A DNA stretch of 59,924 nucleotides from Girardia tigrina. Its lineage: Eukaryota. The notes beneath the pieces are model-generated. The model was not told where the DNA came from. It worked only from the letters and a program-made list of their open reading frames with translations, and did no database searches. Location of the stretch: NCBI GenBank assembly GCA_001938485.1, contig MQRK01206452.1, positions 1 through 59,924 on the forward strand, read 5' to 3'. Below are positions 13,601 through 29,300 of the stretch, in pieces (position 1 is the stretch's first letter; every line of letters begins with the position of its first letter). A program made the translations under genes and the position numbers.

Positions 13601-16600
13601 ATTTCAAAATAAGAACGATATACTGTGTTCTAAAAATCAATAACAAAATATTTTGAATAGTCAATTTTATGTGAAGAACAATGATTCTCTTCGGGAAGAT
13701 CTCATTCAAAAAACGAAGCGAAATGTTTGCGGTATGTGCTGTGGCACCATCCTGCTGAAAATAGCCAGTCGATCGTTCTTCTTTAGTTAACTGGTCGATG
13801 AAAGCAGAAAGGATTTCCTTGCAGTACCNNNNNNNNNNNNNNNNNNNNNNNNNNNNNNNNNNNNNNNNNNNNNNNNNNNNNNNNNNNNNNNNNNNNNNNN
13901 NNNNNNNNNNNNNNNNNNNNNNNNNNNNNNNNNNNNNNNNNNNNNNNNNNNNNNNNNNNNNNNNNNNNNNNNNNNNNNNNNNNNNNNNNNNNNNNNNNNN
14001 NNNNNNNNNNNNNNNNNNNNNNNNNNNNNNNNNNNNNNNNNNNNNNNNNNNNNNNNNNNNNNNNNNNNNNNNNNNNNNNNNNNNNNNNNNNNNNNNNNNN
14101 NNNNNNNNNNNNNNNNNNNNNNNNNNNNNNNNNNNNNNNNNNNNNNNNNNNNNNNNNNNNNNNNNNNNNNNNNNNNNNNNNNNNNNNNNNNNNNNNNNNN
14201 NNNNNNNNNNNNNNNNNNNNNNNNNNNNNNNNNNNNNNNNNNNNNNNNNNNNNNNNNNNNNNNNNNNNNNNNNNNNNNNNNNNNNNNNNNNNNNNNNNNN
14301 NNNNNNNNNNNNNNNNNNNNNNNNNNNNNNNNNNNNNNNNNNNNNNNNNNNNNNNNNNNNNNNNNNNNNNNNNNNNNNNNNNNNNNNNNNNNNNNNNNNN
14401 NNNNNNNNNNNNNNNNNNNNNNNNNNNNNNNNNNNNNNNNNNNNNNNNNNNNNNNNNNNNNNNNNNNNNNNNNNNNNNNNNNNNNNNNNNNNNNNNNNNN
14501 NNNNNNNNNNNNNNNNNNNNNNNNNNNNNNNNNNNNNNNNNNNNNNNNNNNNNNNNNNNNNNNNNNNNNNNNNNNNNNNNNNNNNNNNNNNNNNNNNNNN
14601 NNNNNNNNNNNNNNNNNNNNNNNNNNNNNNNNNNNNNNNNNNNNNTTCACGAATCTATTTCATAGTTCGATTTCATAGAAATTTGCATTTAAAAAGTCTG
14701 CTACAACGCTCATTATCTAAAAATAAACCAGACAATGAAAGGTGCACAGTGACTTTCTGAACGCTCTGTAGCATTGTTACTGATAAAAATTTCTTTAAAT
14801 GCAAATTTTATGACATTTTTTTCTGTTAAAATGTTCATGGACTTCGACAATCATAGCATTATTCGGTTTTCAGCTTTCAGAAAAAATGTGCCTCATTAAA
14901 GTACGCAAGCCTATGAGTTTTATAGACAGATAAGTCTTATTATAGAGGCATTTTAAATGAGTTTTCGTCAAACATAGAGGAATTGAAATCGACAGTGGAT
15001 ATTTTGTTTCGGAAAACGATGAAGTTCATTCCAAAAAGCGTTTTCTGACCAACTTTTCCGATTAAAAGTTTTCCATATTAATGAAAGCTATATGGGAAAC
15101 TGATATTGGTTATAAAGCTATCTAGAGAGGTTATTTAAAATACAATTTTTTTGACTGTCTTATTTCTAAATGGGATAATCAATGAATTTATGACACCAAA
15201 ACGTAAAAAAAGTCATTGAGACTTTATAAAACAAAAATCAAATCATTTAAATATCTGCAAATATGCGCTAGAATATCGAATAAACGAACTTCTGGTTTAA
15301 CATTAGGATTCTATAATGACAGTCATGACAGTCACATATAATAATACAGATTCTATAATGACAGTCATGACAGTCACATATAATAATACAGAACTGGTAG
15401 TCCTGTAATATAATGTTATATTTTTTAAAGACATTTTTTTCTCACTGAAAAACATTTTTCTAGGGTTGTCCCGAATTACTTAAATCTATGTCTGAAGGCT
15501 GCTATGATCAACTTTTAATTCATATCAACGAACTGCAGACTCTTTATTCAGTTGGTCATGACAAGTAGTTTTTTCATTTGTCTCCTATACAACATTACTT
15601 CACTTAAACGACTTCAGATCAGAACAATCAAAGGCTTTTCTTTGCCTGCAGTCTCTTGAGGATGACATTAATAAATTATCGAAATGTCCGATCAACATTA
15701 CAAACACTGGATTAGATTATAATCCAAATATTCCACCACCAAATAACATAATCGGTAATGTGAAAATGAGATCCGGTGGCATTCCAGCTCAGTTTGTCTT
15801 TTATTGCCCCAACAGTTCTAAAACCGATTGTGATTCACTGAATGATCGATTTAAAATAACGTTACAATTGATGAATCACAATGAAAAAAATCTACTTCCA
15901 TATATCCCTTTGGTGAATTTACAAAAGGATATCAACGGAAATTGGTAACGTTATTTCTAGCTGTTTTCTCTCACACCTTCAATAATTTTCATAGAGTATT
16001 GAACAATTTGTTACTTAAAATTAAAAATTGAGTTATTTCTAAAGATCGCATAACTACTTCTGTGTGATTACAATCTAAAATTCATAAAAATGTCAGTTAT
16101 TCAAGGTGTACCAGTTATCCATAAAATTCTAACAACGTTTCTCAACACTTTTTTAAAAACAGTTCAATAGTAACAATAAATAATAAATTTTGTTCAGAAT
16201 GAGCTACACATTCCTTCAATCATTTGAATAAGTCATCGCAATGTCTCAAGTCAGATCTAATCCCAGACTTTGATTGACGATCGTTCTAATGATTCTACAA
16301 TCTGTGATTCTTTACCATTCACCAATCTGGTTTCAATTGGGGACAGTTATCGCAATTGAAGTCTTCTCCCACTAGATTTACCAAACATAAAGAGTTTTCT
16401 AGAATCCCTTCCGAATCATAGTTGTCTCCTTTTTTGAATTCTTTCAACAACCTTTTTTTCTCGAGAATCCTCAAAACTAAAGATTTTAAACGCCTGATTA
16501 ATATCAAAAAGTTTCTCATCTGTGTTATTCGATTGACAAGTGTTTCAGAGGGCCTAAGATCGCGATTTTTTCATTACTTTAGCTGCTGCCGTTTCTGATA

Positions 16601-19600
16601 TTTGCTTGGCGTTGGCACGAGGATTTACAATACGGATGTGTGAAATTTGTCGTTTTTATCGAGTTTCGCTGAATATTGTTATTGTTTCTTGCAGTCTTCT
16701 AACTTTTTCGACCCAAACCGGTCTTCATATCTCTTGATGTCGTGGTTTACGGTTGTGCGTGATTGATTCAGAAATCGCACAATATGTTGCTGACCAAATC
16801 TTAATTTAAGTGCTTCAATTAGCGCGTCTCAATAATTTCGTTTCATATTGGACTAAACAATGTAAATCAGATAAGATTAGTTGAGAAAAAGTCTGAAACA
16901 ATAATATATATATATTAGGTTCGAGATTAAAATCAGAATTAATGATACAACTTTTATTAATACAGCAATATAACAATTTTTAAACAAATTTATGAGGAAC
17001 AATATTTCCGATTTGCATAAACCAGATATCAACATTTTAAATAATATACACCAAGGCCCCGCTTTGCGTCTCTATTCGGTTCCGAAAGTTGAGACGCTAA
17101 ATGAGTGTCGATGCAATATGTCTACATTACAATATGTCTACCTGAATAAAAATCAAACTAAAACAAGTGTTTATCGAGAAATAGTACGAAAATTGCGCTC
17201 TTAATCCATTAAAACTAATCAATAATATAAAATCAGTAAAAGTGAGTGTGCATTACAAATATAATTATCAAAACTTCTTTCAAAATCAAAATTTACTTTC
17301 TAAAACATTTTTCCAAAGTGGTTTGTGCTGCACCGTCTTTTGTTCCGCATAAATTTCTCTATAGCAATTGATGCTACCCAGAACTGATCTGTTCACTCTC
17401 GAACTTCTTTCGTGATTAGGGTCATCTTGATTGAATATCTGCAGAGCTTGATCGTTAACGTTTGTTCTACGGCGATATCTTCGATTTTTTCCTCAGAATC
17501 ACTGCTGTGTGCTGTCTGAAATTCAATTTCCATTAATTGAGAAGTTGTTATCTCTTCATTGTGCGAATCAAATAGTTCTTCTATATCTTCGACCTCCATT
17601 CGAAATTGTTAAACAAATTTAATGTTTAAATTAATGTTAATTAATTAATTAATTTATTTAATGTTAAATTTTATATGGCAAAAAATAAAAAATCAATCGA
17701 CGCAAAAGCGAATAGACACATAGCGGTGCTTTGGTGTATATAAAAGCCCAAAGTCGGTGCAGGGCTTTCGCTGAAAAACGCCGGGATGCCGACAAAATCG
17801 ACCAACTGTTAAATCAACACCGAATTTGAAATAATAAATGATAAATTACAATTGTGATTTTAAAATTAAAACAGAAACTTTCAAAAAATAAAATGTAGCT
17901 CTTCCGTCTTATATGACGGGTCTTTTTCTAATATAAAAATAAACGTATACCGTTTTTAATTTGTGAATAATTATTTATTCGGAATTTTAAATTTTTATAT
18001 AAAATTGAAAGTTATGTGTTTTTTACAATTTTATCATAAATCAAAATTAATTAATACACAATTTTCGTTTGTTTAATATTTTACAATTCCATTAATTTAC
18101 TCATCCATTTTAATTTATTTGTAACATATTTCTTAATTTTTGAATAATTTCGTCAAAACTTAATTCTCAATTTTTAAACTTAACTTTAATAATTAATTTT
18201 TATTTTGTTAAAATATTTGACTTTAATTATTTTTTACAATTTAATTAAACTAGTAAATCAAAAAAACATTTTTTTCGTATTCATTCTTTATGCGAATAGA
18301 ACTCAAATAGACCAACATATTTTTTTGGTTATTTTTTGTAGAAGGGAAAATCACTATTACATTTTTTAAATGTGCAAAGTTTGGAGAAAATTGATTGAGT
18401 AAAAAGCCTTCAAAAATAGTTTCTAAATTCCGTTTCTAAATACCTAGAAAGTAAGCTTATATAAAGAATGGAAAAAACACTTGGTTTTTTATTTTAACTT
18501 AGATTTAAATTTTGTACACAGCATTTCAATTAGATACTGGGGTTTAAATATTTTAGATATTAAAAAATTAAATATTCAAAAATTTCAAATTGGCCAGAAA
18601 TCTTAACAATATATACCGTATTACTTCGATTTAACGCCGCGGCGTTTATTTCAAATACTGATTCGAAGGTGCGGCGTTAAATCGAAGTAATATTGTATAT
18701 ATATATATATATATATATTTTCCGTCACAAATATAAGTTTCAAGATTTTTTAGCTTAAAGACAAGTGAACGGTTTTTTTAAAAAGAGAAAAAATTCATAA
18801 AAAGGCGGCGTTTATTATAAAATATCGCATAAGGATGCGGCGTTAAATCGAAGTAGTACGGTATGTATAAAAGCCCAAGTCTGTATATGTGTATGATCGT
18901 AACGTTCAATGCCTACTATGATTAAAAAAATGTGAAATGTTGAAGGAACCAAAGAAAATCCACGTAAAGACGTAGTCAATCTGGATAGCCTTACACTGAG
19001 ATGGTTCTGTTGGTTCAGCCCATTCACCGAAAGACGCAGAATAGCCGACGAAATCGACCGAAAACCGTGCTTGTCGACCGACTGTTAAATCAACACCGAA
19101 TTTGAAACAATAAATAATTAATTATAATAATTATGATTTAAAAAGTAAAACAGAAACTTTCAAAAACGAAAATTCACCCCCCCCCGTCATACATGACGGA
19201 CCGATTGCTACTAGCAACTTGCTAGTATATATACAGATGTACCGTTTATTTAAGACAACTAAAAATGTGAATGATTACATTTTTAATTGTTCGCCATTGC
19301 ATTAAATATAAAAAACATCATTAGAAAAGTTGTTTAATACTGAAAATCTTTTGAAATTCAATGAAGGTGTATTTACCTAACGTTGTCGATTAATAATCCT
19401 CTATTTTTTAGTGTTCCTTCATTTTTGGTAGCCGATTCTTTAAAATGCGTTCCTTTGGCTGCAAAATTTGTATTGAAATTATCGAAACCGATGATCGTAT
19501 CAGACACGAACATTTCCTCGATCATATCAATCACCGGTTCGATTTTCAGGATTATTGATTATTGACTTTGTGTTTGATCCACAGGTTTGGATGTTGTGAC

Positions 19601-22600
19601 CACTGGAATGAAGACAAATTATATTGATATGATACTCCAACAGAACGGTTCATCTTTGATCCACAAGGATCAGTTTTTTAATGTTAGTTTTTTTATATTT
19701 TAATAATTGTCATTTTAAAATTATCATTAACCAATGTGAATAACATGGAACACAATCGATTCTACTTCCAGATTATTTTTTAATTGTTTAATTATTCTTT
19801 ATTTATTTGAATAAACATTTTCAGATTCTACCGAATGATACTCAAATGGCTTTCCAAATAACCGATGACGAGATCAATTGCTACTCGAAAACCGTGTCCT
19901 GTGTTCCCTTTCTTCTTCCGAATCAATTACCTCGGGTCATCGCCATTTTAAAGAAGCAAGCTATTATCAATTGGATGATGGAATCCTTTCTTTTAGCCGA
20001 TCTCAACACGTCATTTATCAAAGGTCTTTTTTACTTGATCAACATTCTCACTCGTTACTCCGATAATCGATCAACAATTATTTAGATTTCAAAAATGCTC
20101 AAATTGTCAACGTATCGATTGTGTCCCACGATTATTTTATATTCTCGTACACTCAGCAAAACAATCCGGGAAATATTACCAAATGTAATTCGTTTATATT
20201 GTGTTGTTATTGGGAAAATCTTTTCAAAATAATGTTCTTGTGTCGATGAGTAAACTGTTTTTTTGGTAAAAATATAAATGCGCCCAAAGAACTGGTGTTC
20301 GATTCAAATACAGTTCAAAAGATTGTAGTCGATATAACAAACGTCGATACAATGAAATCCTCGATATTACGAATTATTTTCAAGAGGTGGTTGACCGGCC
20401 GTTACACTGTGTATATAAAGATCTTTCGATGTAACGAATTTTTCGATATACACCCAGGCCCGCTTTGCGTCTCTATTCGGTTCCGAAAGTTGAGACGCTA
20501 AATGAGTGTCGATGCAATATGTCTACATTACAATATGTCTACCTGAATAAAAATCAAACTAAAACAAGTGTTTATCGAGAAATAGTACGAAAATTGCGCT
20601 CTTAATCCATTAAAACTAATCAATAATATAAAATCAGTAGAAGTGAGTGTGCATTACAAATATAATTATCAAAACTTCTTTCAAAATCAAAATTTACTTT
20701 CTGAAACATTTTTCCAAAGTGGTTTGTGCTGCATGTCTCTTGTTCCGCATAAATTTCTCTACAGCAATTCATGCTACCCAGAACTGATCTGTTCACCCTG
20801 GAACTTCTTTCGTGATTAGGGTCATCTCGATTGAATATCTGCAGAGCTTGATCAATTAATTGAAGAGCTTGAGCTAAACGTTTCGTCTTTAACGTTTATT
20901 CTACGGCGATATCTTCGTTTTTTTTCCTCAGAATCACTACTGTGTGCTGTCTGAAATTCAATTTCCATTAATTGAGAAGTTGTTATCTCTTCATTGTGCG
21001 AATCCAATAGTTCTTCTATATCTTCGACCTCCATTCCTTCAACTTGCAATGCGGATGCTAAGTCAACTGTCTCTTTAATTGCAGTTATCCTATCATTATT
21101 CGTGTCATTTTCCAATGGGCGATGTACACATTCCGGCCATAATTTACGCCAACAACCGTTCATGCTTTTGTTGGACACTTCATTCCAAGATCCTGCAATA
21201 TATTTAATCCCATCTAATATCGTGAAGTTTTTCCAGAACGTTTTCATTGTAATCAATCGACGCAAAAGCGAATAGACGCATAACGGGGCTTTGGTGTACA
21301 TACATATATGTACACGCTACAAACATTTTCAATGTTTATTCAATTCATTGCTATTTGTTTCAATTTTAGTATTAATTTATTTATCATTAAAGAAATTAAA
21401 AATCAGGGGAATGTTTTCCAATACTATTATAAAGATAATTCCAAATTTTAATAGCGTTCGAAAATAGTTTCAGCGAATTCGTAAAGATTATCTGGTTCTT
21501 TTTTCGGAGCTTTTAACGTAAATTCGACAAGAATTTCTTTAAATTCATTCGATAAAGATAGAGATTTACAATCACTGTACGTCATTTGAATCAATATATT
21601 TTTTTCAGAAAATTTTGCGGAGATTCCGCTTATTTACAATATTTAAACATCAGCATTTTCTTTTCCTTTTCACATAATTAAACTTGCATAAATATAACAA
21701 AACGTTTCACAAAAAACACATGTATAATAATTTAACATTTTTTTACATATAATATATTAAATTTTTAAACTAATTAATTTTTTTAATTATGTGTACATAC
21801 ACGCTCCAAACATTTTCAATGTTTATTTAATTCATTACTATTTGGTGTATCGAAGTTTAAAACTTTGTTTGATTGAAATTTTTGTCTCGATATTATAAAG
21901 TCAGAGTAGGTATATCATATCAATTATGCGGCAAAAATCGAAATGGATGATATAACATACCCAACAACTTTATGAAGCTTTTAAAATAGAAATTTTTTTT
22001 ATTGGAAAAAATTCAAAATGATAACAACCCAACTGAAGGAGCGATCCTCTAATGTCGAATAAAGAAAACAAAACAGAGCAAAATAATTGATATTTATTTA
22101 TTCGCGTAGATTGTCCTTATGCTTAATAGACATTTTATATGTTTCGGGTTCATTACATTCCTTTCATTGGTGCAGTTCTGTCGCCACCCAAGCAAATATC
22201 AAAATATGACAATACATAAGATATTATAAGTATTCCAGGAAAAATATTTTAAAAATTAAAAAAAATATTTAAAATTTTTTAATAATCTAATTTTAAGGAA
22301 TAAGAGTTAGTGAACTAATTTCAACCAATGAATTTGAAATCCCCCTAATCCTTTGAATAAATCAATTCGGCACTCCGGAATAATATATATTGATTTCGTA
22401 AACACAAACTTCACTGACTTATTTTAGAAAATATTCGTACCACGTTTTCATATGGAAATAAATGTTTAAAACTTTATTTCATACTTTTCCACGTATGCTT
22501 AATGTATTTAAATTTTTTAATAGTTAAAATTGAATAATTATTTTGGAATTGTTTTTTCTGTATTTTAAATTATTTTCAGTTAATTTTTCTAAGTAAAAAT

Positions 22601-23248
22601 GAGCAAAAATAAAAAATAATTTTTAGAAATGAGACAAAACAAATTTAATTTTAAAAAAATAAGTTAGCGATTATGTAATCAACATAGATATTTTTCCTTA
22701 GGGTTAGTTTACTTTAAAATTATTAAGAACACCAACATGACTTTTCGAACTTTTATTTTAAATACAATTAGAATTGTCTTTCGGACAACTCTCAGCAAAA
22801 CTTTCGTAATTCGACATCGTTCTAAATTGATGAATTTTTGTTAATGTTTTTTATTAAACAAATTTTTATTCGAACAAATTTTTCATTATTTTCAGATTTT
22901 ATTTTTAAAGTTCAAAATTTGTAATTTTAGTAATAATTTTATCTACATATTAATTCTATTTAAAAATTATTTTATGTAAAGAAGAACATTTATTTAATTT
23001 AAAACTTAGTTAAAAGCTATTTACTTTATTTAAATTTTTAATATGAAAATTTGAAACGATTTAATATTTTTAAAGTTTTTTAAATATCTTATGCTGTACT
23101 TTAAAATGTAAATTATACTCGAATAATTATTGATCGTGAACATCCAAAATATCAATTTTCCATTTGTGTGGGAGAAACACATTTCCAAATACTAAACTCA
23201 ACATACAAAATTCAACAAACCAAATATTTTTCCTGATAAGCTTATGAA

Positions 23249-23304
<56 letters not shown>

Positions 23305-23354
23305 NNNNNNNNNNNNNNNNNNNNNNNNNNNNNNNNNNNNNNNNNNNNNNNNNN

Positions 23355-23388
<34 letters not shown>

Positions 23389-26300
23389 CATATTTTTATT
23401 TTTGCTTGGGCCGCTACGAAACTTTACCCATTTCATTACACATTCCACCCCCCAATGAGAGTGGGACGGCTTTAGATCACTTGGTTTAAAAACAAATTGG
23501 TCTAAAACAAAACACTCAACATAACAATAAGTGAAATTACAAATATTATCGTTTGCATTAATTATGAATTAATGGTTTTACTAAATCTTAATATTTATGT
23601 TCAAACATAACAAAAATCAAATGTAACTAAATTATCAAAAAGAGACTATTGAAAATTATTCAGTCATTTGTAATTGAGTGTCTCTCCTTTATTATTACCG
23701 AATTCCTGTTTAAGACAGTTTATTCTTTGTCGGATCTTTTACAATTTTAATTTCACTTATTGTTATGTTGATTGTTTTATTTTAGACCAATTGGTCGGCT
23801 CCCGAGTGAGACACCTTCTAAATTGAAATTTCTTGAGAAATCCATGATCCTAATTGTATTTCTAGTGGGATTTTCGATATATCGAACTTTCAATTAAATT
23901 TCAATTTAAAAAACAAAAAGCAAAGCATTTAATTAGATTTAAATTAAATTCATTTTTAACAATTTTATATTTTTTTTATTATTTTGAGTTTTTATAAAGA
24001 AATGATTAAAATTATTATTATTATTTTTAATTAATATTTTTAGAAATTAAATATTTTAGAAGATTTAGAAAAATTGTTCCAATAATCATGATTAAAAATA
24101 GAAATAAAAAAAACAATTAAAGCGATGTCAAACGGTGAACGATCTTGCGAGAGTTGTGATGACTCTAAATGTGATAATAATAAAAATTCTAATGAAAATT
24201 GTATCAATGTTCTTCACACATCATATACAAAGTGAATGGTTGTATTATAAATTTTAAAGTAAAATCGAAAAAGATGGCAATTTTCATTTTTAAAAGACAA
24301 AAAAAATCATAAACATTTATTGAGATTAATTTCGATGGATCAACCGTTATCATCAGGCAAAACTAGATCAATACTGTTAAACTAACCTTTATATATCGAA
24401 TGATTGTTTACACAATCACTAAACCTATTACGTATTCGCATATTAATTTTTGTAACAAGAGTCTTAAACATCAGTGGTTCACACATCGCCCTCTCCTTTG
24501 ATAAAATTGTGAACACAAATTTTTAAAATTACTTAAATCTATGTTGAGCGATGTAACTCTCATCCTCTTTTTGATGTTACTGGATTCCTTTGCAGAGATG
24601 ATGACACGTCTCTCCGATGTGATTTAAAAGTCACGTAAAATAGGAAGTATCTATAGCAGTAAATCCACCATTCCTATCGGTTTACGTTACCAGTTTTAAT
24701 GTAATGGGCATGATGCCACATACATCGGAGAGATTTGTCGTCATCTCTGTTAACGAATGCAGGAACATAATCGAAAAGAGGGTGATAGTTACATTGCTCA
24801 AATTCTTGCTTATTTCAATTTTTGTTGACATTTTAATTAAAACATATTTATACATTTCAAGTTGAAGTTCAATCATGCGATCAAACATTTAATTCTTTCT
24901 CGTTTCGTAGAGTAAACTCGCTATTTTTTCGTTTTCCATGTTTATTCTATTGGCTTTAGATTCTTTAGTATTTTTTTTAATCGCTATGACTATTTCATTG
25001 TGAGGTGTTTTTGTATATCTTGTTTGACATTATTTATTCCATTTATTCCTTCTTTTTTAAAATCTGGTCTTGTTCATATAATATTTTGTGCATATGCAGC
25101 CTTTCCATACAATTGGTAGTGTCTTGTTTTTTTTAATCGTCACTTGTATGATTACTTCCTTCTTTGAATCTTCTTTTATATTGGAGTTTATGTTTAACTT
25201 TCCATTCATCCAGCATCATATATCGCATTAGTTTATTTTTCCCATCTGTGTAATTTATAAATAGTAGAAACTACATCCTTTATATCATCTGGTTCTTAAG
25301 CTCCACTAATTGTTAATTACGTCTTAATATCATTATCAGAAAGTAGATCTTTCTCAGAAAGTTCTTTCTTAAATATTTATTCTTTCATCTTTCTCTGGTT
25401 CAGATAACATGTATATCCTTTCATCGAGTATTTCTGAGGTCTCGAATCATCTGTGGACTTACCTTTGTAGTCTGTTACTGCTGGCGATTCATATTTATTA
25501 GTATTGGATGTAGTAATACTCGAAAAAGCCAATCAAATATTGTAAATTGGAGTCTGGTCTAAGACATGTAAAAATGTATAATTAAAATAATTTCATATAA
25601 TCAAATGAATATTAATCGACTATTAATATATTAAAAATATTATTTGTAAATGAAACATTATTTTTATTTTCAGTTTATATAACATTCAATGATCTGAGTC
25701 AACATTTGGTTAAATTCATTCCGACAAATAAAATTGATATTGATCATCATATCGCTACGAAATTTCCGCAAATCTTACAAAAATACAATAATTTACCAAT
25801 GGCTCTATTTTGGCTGTTACATAAATCCGGTGGTATCACTCTCATGGAATCATTTAATGACAAAAAGGAAGTCGACACTATTTCCGACTCTTCTCTTAAT
25901 AAAACTGCACTTAGATTTATCAAAGATAATGAATTTGTAGAAGAATGTGTACAAATTGTCAAGAACAACCTGTCTATATGTTCCGTTTATCCGAAAGATT
26001 TATTTCCTACAATTAAAATTGAACCTAAATTAGAACTGATGACAACGACGTCTCAACAGATAATCAGTCCGCATTCAACAACATTAATGCATGACAGCAT
26101 GAGTACTATTGGGAAAAAACCAAATTTTCCTCATCATCAAGATCATATAAGTCAAACTATGACGCAAAGTTCTTGCCAAATCGACGGAAATATTCAGCCA
26201 CAATTGCCCACCATCAATAACAACAACAACAATAATAACACTGTACTGACACCTCAAATACAGCAGCCTCTCAAATCTGAACCAATGTCATCGTATTCTA

Positions 26301-29300
26301 ATTATGGGTCCAAACATATGAGTCTCGATCAAATGCTGTCTTCAGATTTTACCATGTCCTTTCCATCAGAAAATATGGGGTCATTGAATAATCTCTCCCA
26401 TTCGACTCATTATTCAGAACATTCCTCACATTCTTCCCATCCGGTGATGTCGACTGTGGCTAATAACACGTATCCTGGACATTTTATGCCTCACCAGAAA
26501 GAAGTCAATCCCAAAATCGGTAATAATTTTTAACATTTTCTAAAAATATATTAAAAAAAATTAACAAAAGCTATAAAAATCTTTGACAAATTTTTCAAAA
26601 AAAATTAAAGATAAATGGTTTTTTTTAAGAAAATCAAAATATACAAAATTCTACTTGTATTTTTCTTGAAAATATTGGAAATAAAATCAATTGTATTTAT
26701 AGTTCCACTTAAATAAATATCTAAATTAAAATAAATTTCTAAAGAAATAATTACAAACAAATAAATTTAATAATGATAAATCATTTTTTAATGCCCCATT
26801 AAAAAAACACCTACGGTTGTTTATTCTTGAAAAAGAAACAGATTTTCGTTTATTTTATCAGCGTGCGTATCATTTCTCCTCCGGTCGTTTTATTCAATGA
26901 CAAAATCTTTATATAAAATGAAAAAATATGAATTTAGAATTACAAAATTTTAAAACAGTGTCAAAAAATTTATATTCAATGACAAAATTTGAACAGTTTC
27001 AATTTTTATTTGATAAAATAGGTGTCTTCATTTTTTGCCCAATTTTTTTCACGCCTAAATTTTTGTGGATGGGACATTTAAGACTTCGTCCTCTCAGTTC
27101 TATCAGCTTTTAATAATACATGCTCTGAGAGGTGAAGACAGCTTTCCAATTCTATATTGTTTCTTAAATAATAAGAATCAACAAACATATTCAACGATAA
27201 TTTTAAAAATTACACAAAAATTAGAAGAGCTAAGAATACAAATAAGACCAGGAACAATCCATATTGATTTTGAGGCAGCATTATTTAATGCTCNNNNNNN
27301 NNNNNNNNNATTAGCTGAGATGAAAGGGTGTTACTTTCATTTTGCACAAGCAGTATGGAGGAAATGCATGGAACTTGGTTTTAAACCTTTATATTTTTCG
27401 AACGATCGTTTCAAAAGAATTATTAATTTTACATGCGCTTTTCCTTTGGTCCCTAGTAACTTAATTCAAGACACATGGTCCATAGTATTGGAAATTAGAA
27501 ATAGTATTGATATATATATATTTCCAATTTTATAACATATTTTGAAAGTACTTGGCTCAATGTAAATAGATCTGTATTTACTATAACGGTGTGGAATCAT
27601 TTTTTAAACCCGGGACCAAGAACTAATAATAGCGCTGAAGGGTTTCATAGTAAGCTAGTAAGAGCCGTAAATAAGACAGAACCAAACTTTTACCAGATTC
27701 TCAAGACAATTATTGATATAAAAAATTTAGGCGAGAAAAAATTTGGGCGAAAAAAGTTGGAACCGATAAAATAATAATTTAAGTTTTTTATTCATTTAAT
27801 TATGAGGTATTAAATTAAATAAAAGTGTTTTTTTTTCGGAGGAGAAACGACCTGTCCCCTTTTATCGGTCTCATATTACCCAAAATTAGTATCTATTAAA
27901 ATATTTTTTGGAATGGTAAAATCCATTCTTCTGAGGGTTTCAGTGTTGATATTCTTCCACTTTGTTTTTTTCGCGTACTTCAAATATCATAAAGATAGTG
28001 TGGAATATATTGTTATACAACAGATTTGAGATTCCATCTAAGAATTGTGAATTCCTGATAATTGTGAAAGAATGCACTCCATGGGAAGTCTTTGTCCAAT
28101 CTTTTTCCACATAAGTTTTTGTTCAAATATTTACACACATGCATCTGACAAAAAAAGGTTTGTCATCGACTTCTGGGAACATCCTAAAAGTAGTCAAACA
28201 AGAAGGTCAGCAGTAGATTTAACTAAGTTGTGTCTATGATATTAAAATTATTGAAAAAGTAAGGACCAATGATTTCCTCATATTACAGTCCAGACCATGA
28301 TCCTAAGTTGGTTTTGATAATGTCCTTCCGCATTTCAGTTTGGATTCTTATCTTGCCAATTGCATATTGTGTAGCCATTTACTTCGCCTCTCAAAAGAAA
28401 AATTGCTTCATCGCAGACAATTCTAATCGCTTATCTTTATAATTACCGCATGCACAAGTTGCACTTTGTACGCATGAAATTCGTAACTCATGAGAGACAA
28501 TAAGATACACTGATAATTTTTTAATCGTCTTCCTCGTCAAAACATAACAGATTTTCTTAATCAGTTGCATTCTTTTCGGTAACATCTCTTACAGTGTTCG
28601 GCAACTGAGTCAGTTTCTTAGGAGCATTGGATCAAATGGCAATTAGTGGTTTGCATTATTGTTAACTCTTGCTCAATTTATTGTGCTTGTATTCTCTATC
28701 TACAGAGTGATGTGTGCTACCACATTTCTTATAATAAAATAATTAAATCATGTAATTAAACAAAAATAGAAAAAAATGCAAATAAATAATAATTAATCAA
28801 TATTGATCCCTATTGACTACTTAAGCACCTACTTTGATTTTGCTAAGTAAAAGTGTTTGTTTTTTTATGTTAATTAAAAACTCGTATGTTACGCTATTTT
28901 TGGGACACTATATTCAAACTTGCCGGTTATGATGAGTTACTTAAAATTTTCAATTCTCCAAATAATTTATGGATTTCTAACAAAAATTAAGTAAATACGC
29001 GAAACATAAAAGACACAAAGTTTATGAAATTTAAAAGAAGCTAAAATAAAATGATTTTTCTAAAAAAACCAATATAAATTAAATAAAGATATAAAACCAA
29101 AAAAAGTTTAAATTAATTAAAATCGATATATTGTAATAGGAAAGTCATTAATAAAAGTTTTAAAATAAGAATTTTAAAATAAATAATAAACGGGATAACA
29201 TTTATAATATATTTACGAAATGATTTTGAAACTCAAAAGTTAATTATAAATTAGATTTGATAAAACTAAGTTCGGATGAAAATCTTCTTTTAATAACCAA

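Noticed and set aside
13787-14760. Long ORFs of X residues (also 56159-56962, 23242-23489, 47815-48063)
   Set aside because: Artefacts of N-gaps and (TA)n.
15618-15944. LPYIPLV as a Penelope RT/endonuclease linker
   Set aside because: The full exon aligns by motif to MED1 and splices in phase with its neighbours.
22698-22707. TTAGGGTTAG (CUAACCCUAA on the minus strand) as a telomerase RNA template
   Set aside because: It lies outside the family L terminus, is absent from other copies, and no pseudoknot or H/ACA context was seen; a 10-mer can occur by chance.
24125-24235. Small Cys-rich ORF MSNGERSCESCDDSKC... as a member of a peptide gene family
   Set aside because: Paralogous copies do not keep the frame (stops, indels) and lie within TSD-flanked LTR-like elements; the conservation fits base pairing, not codons.
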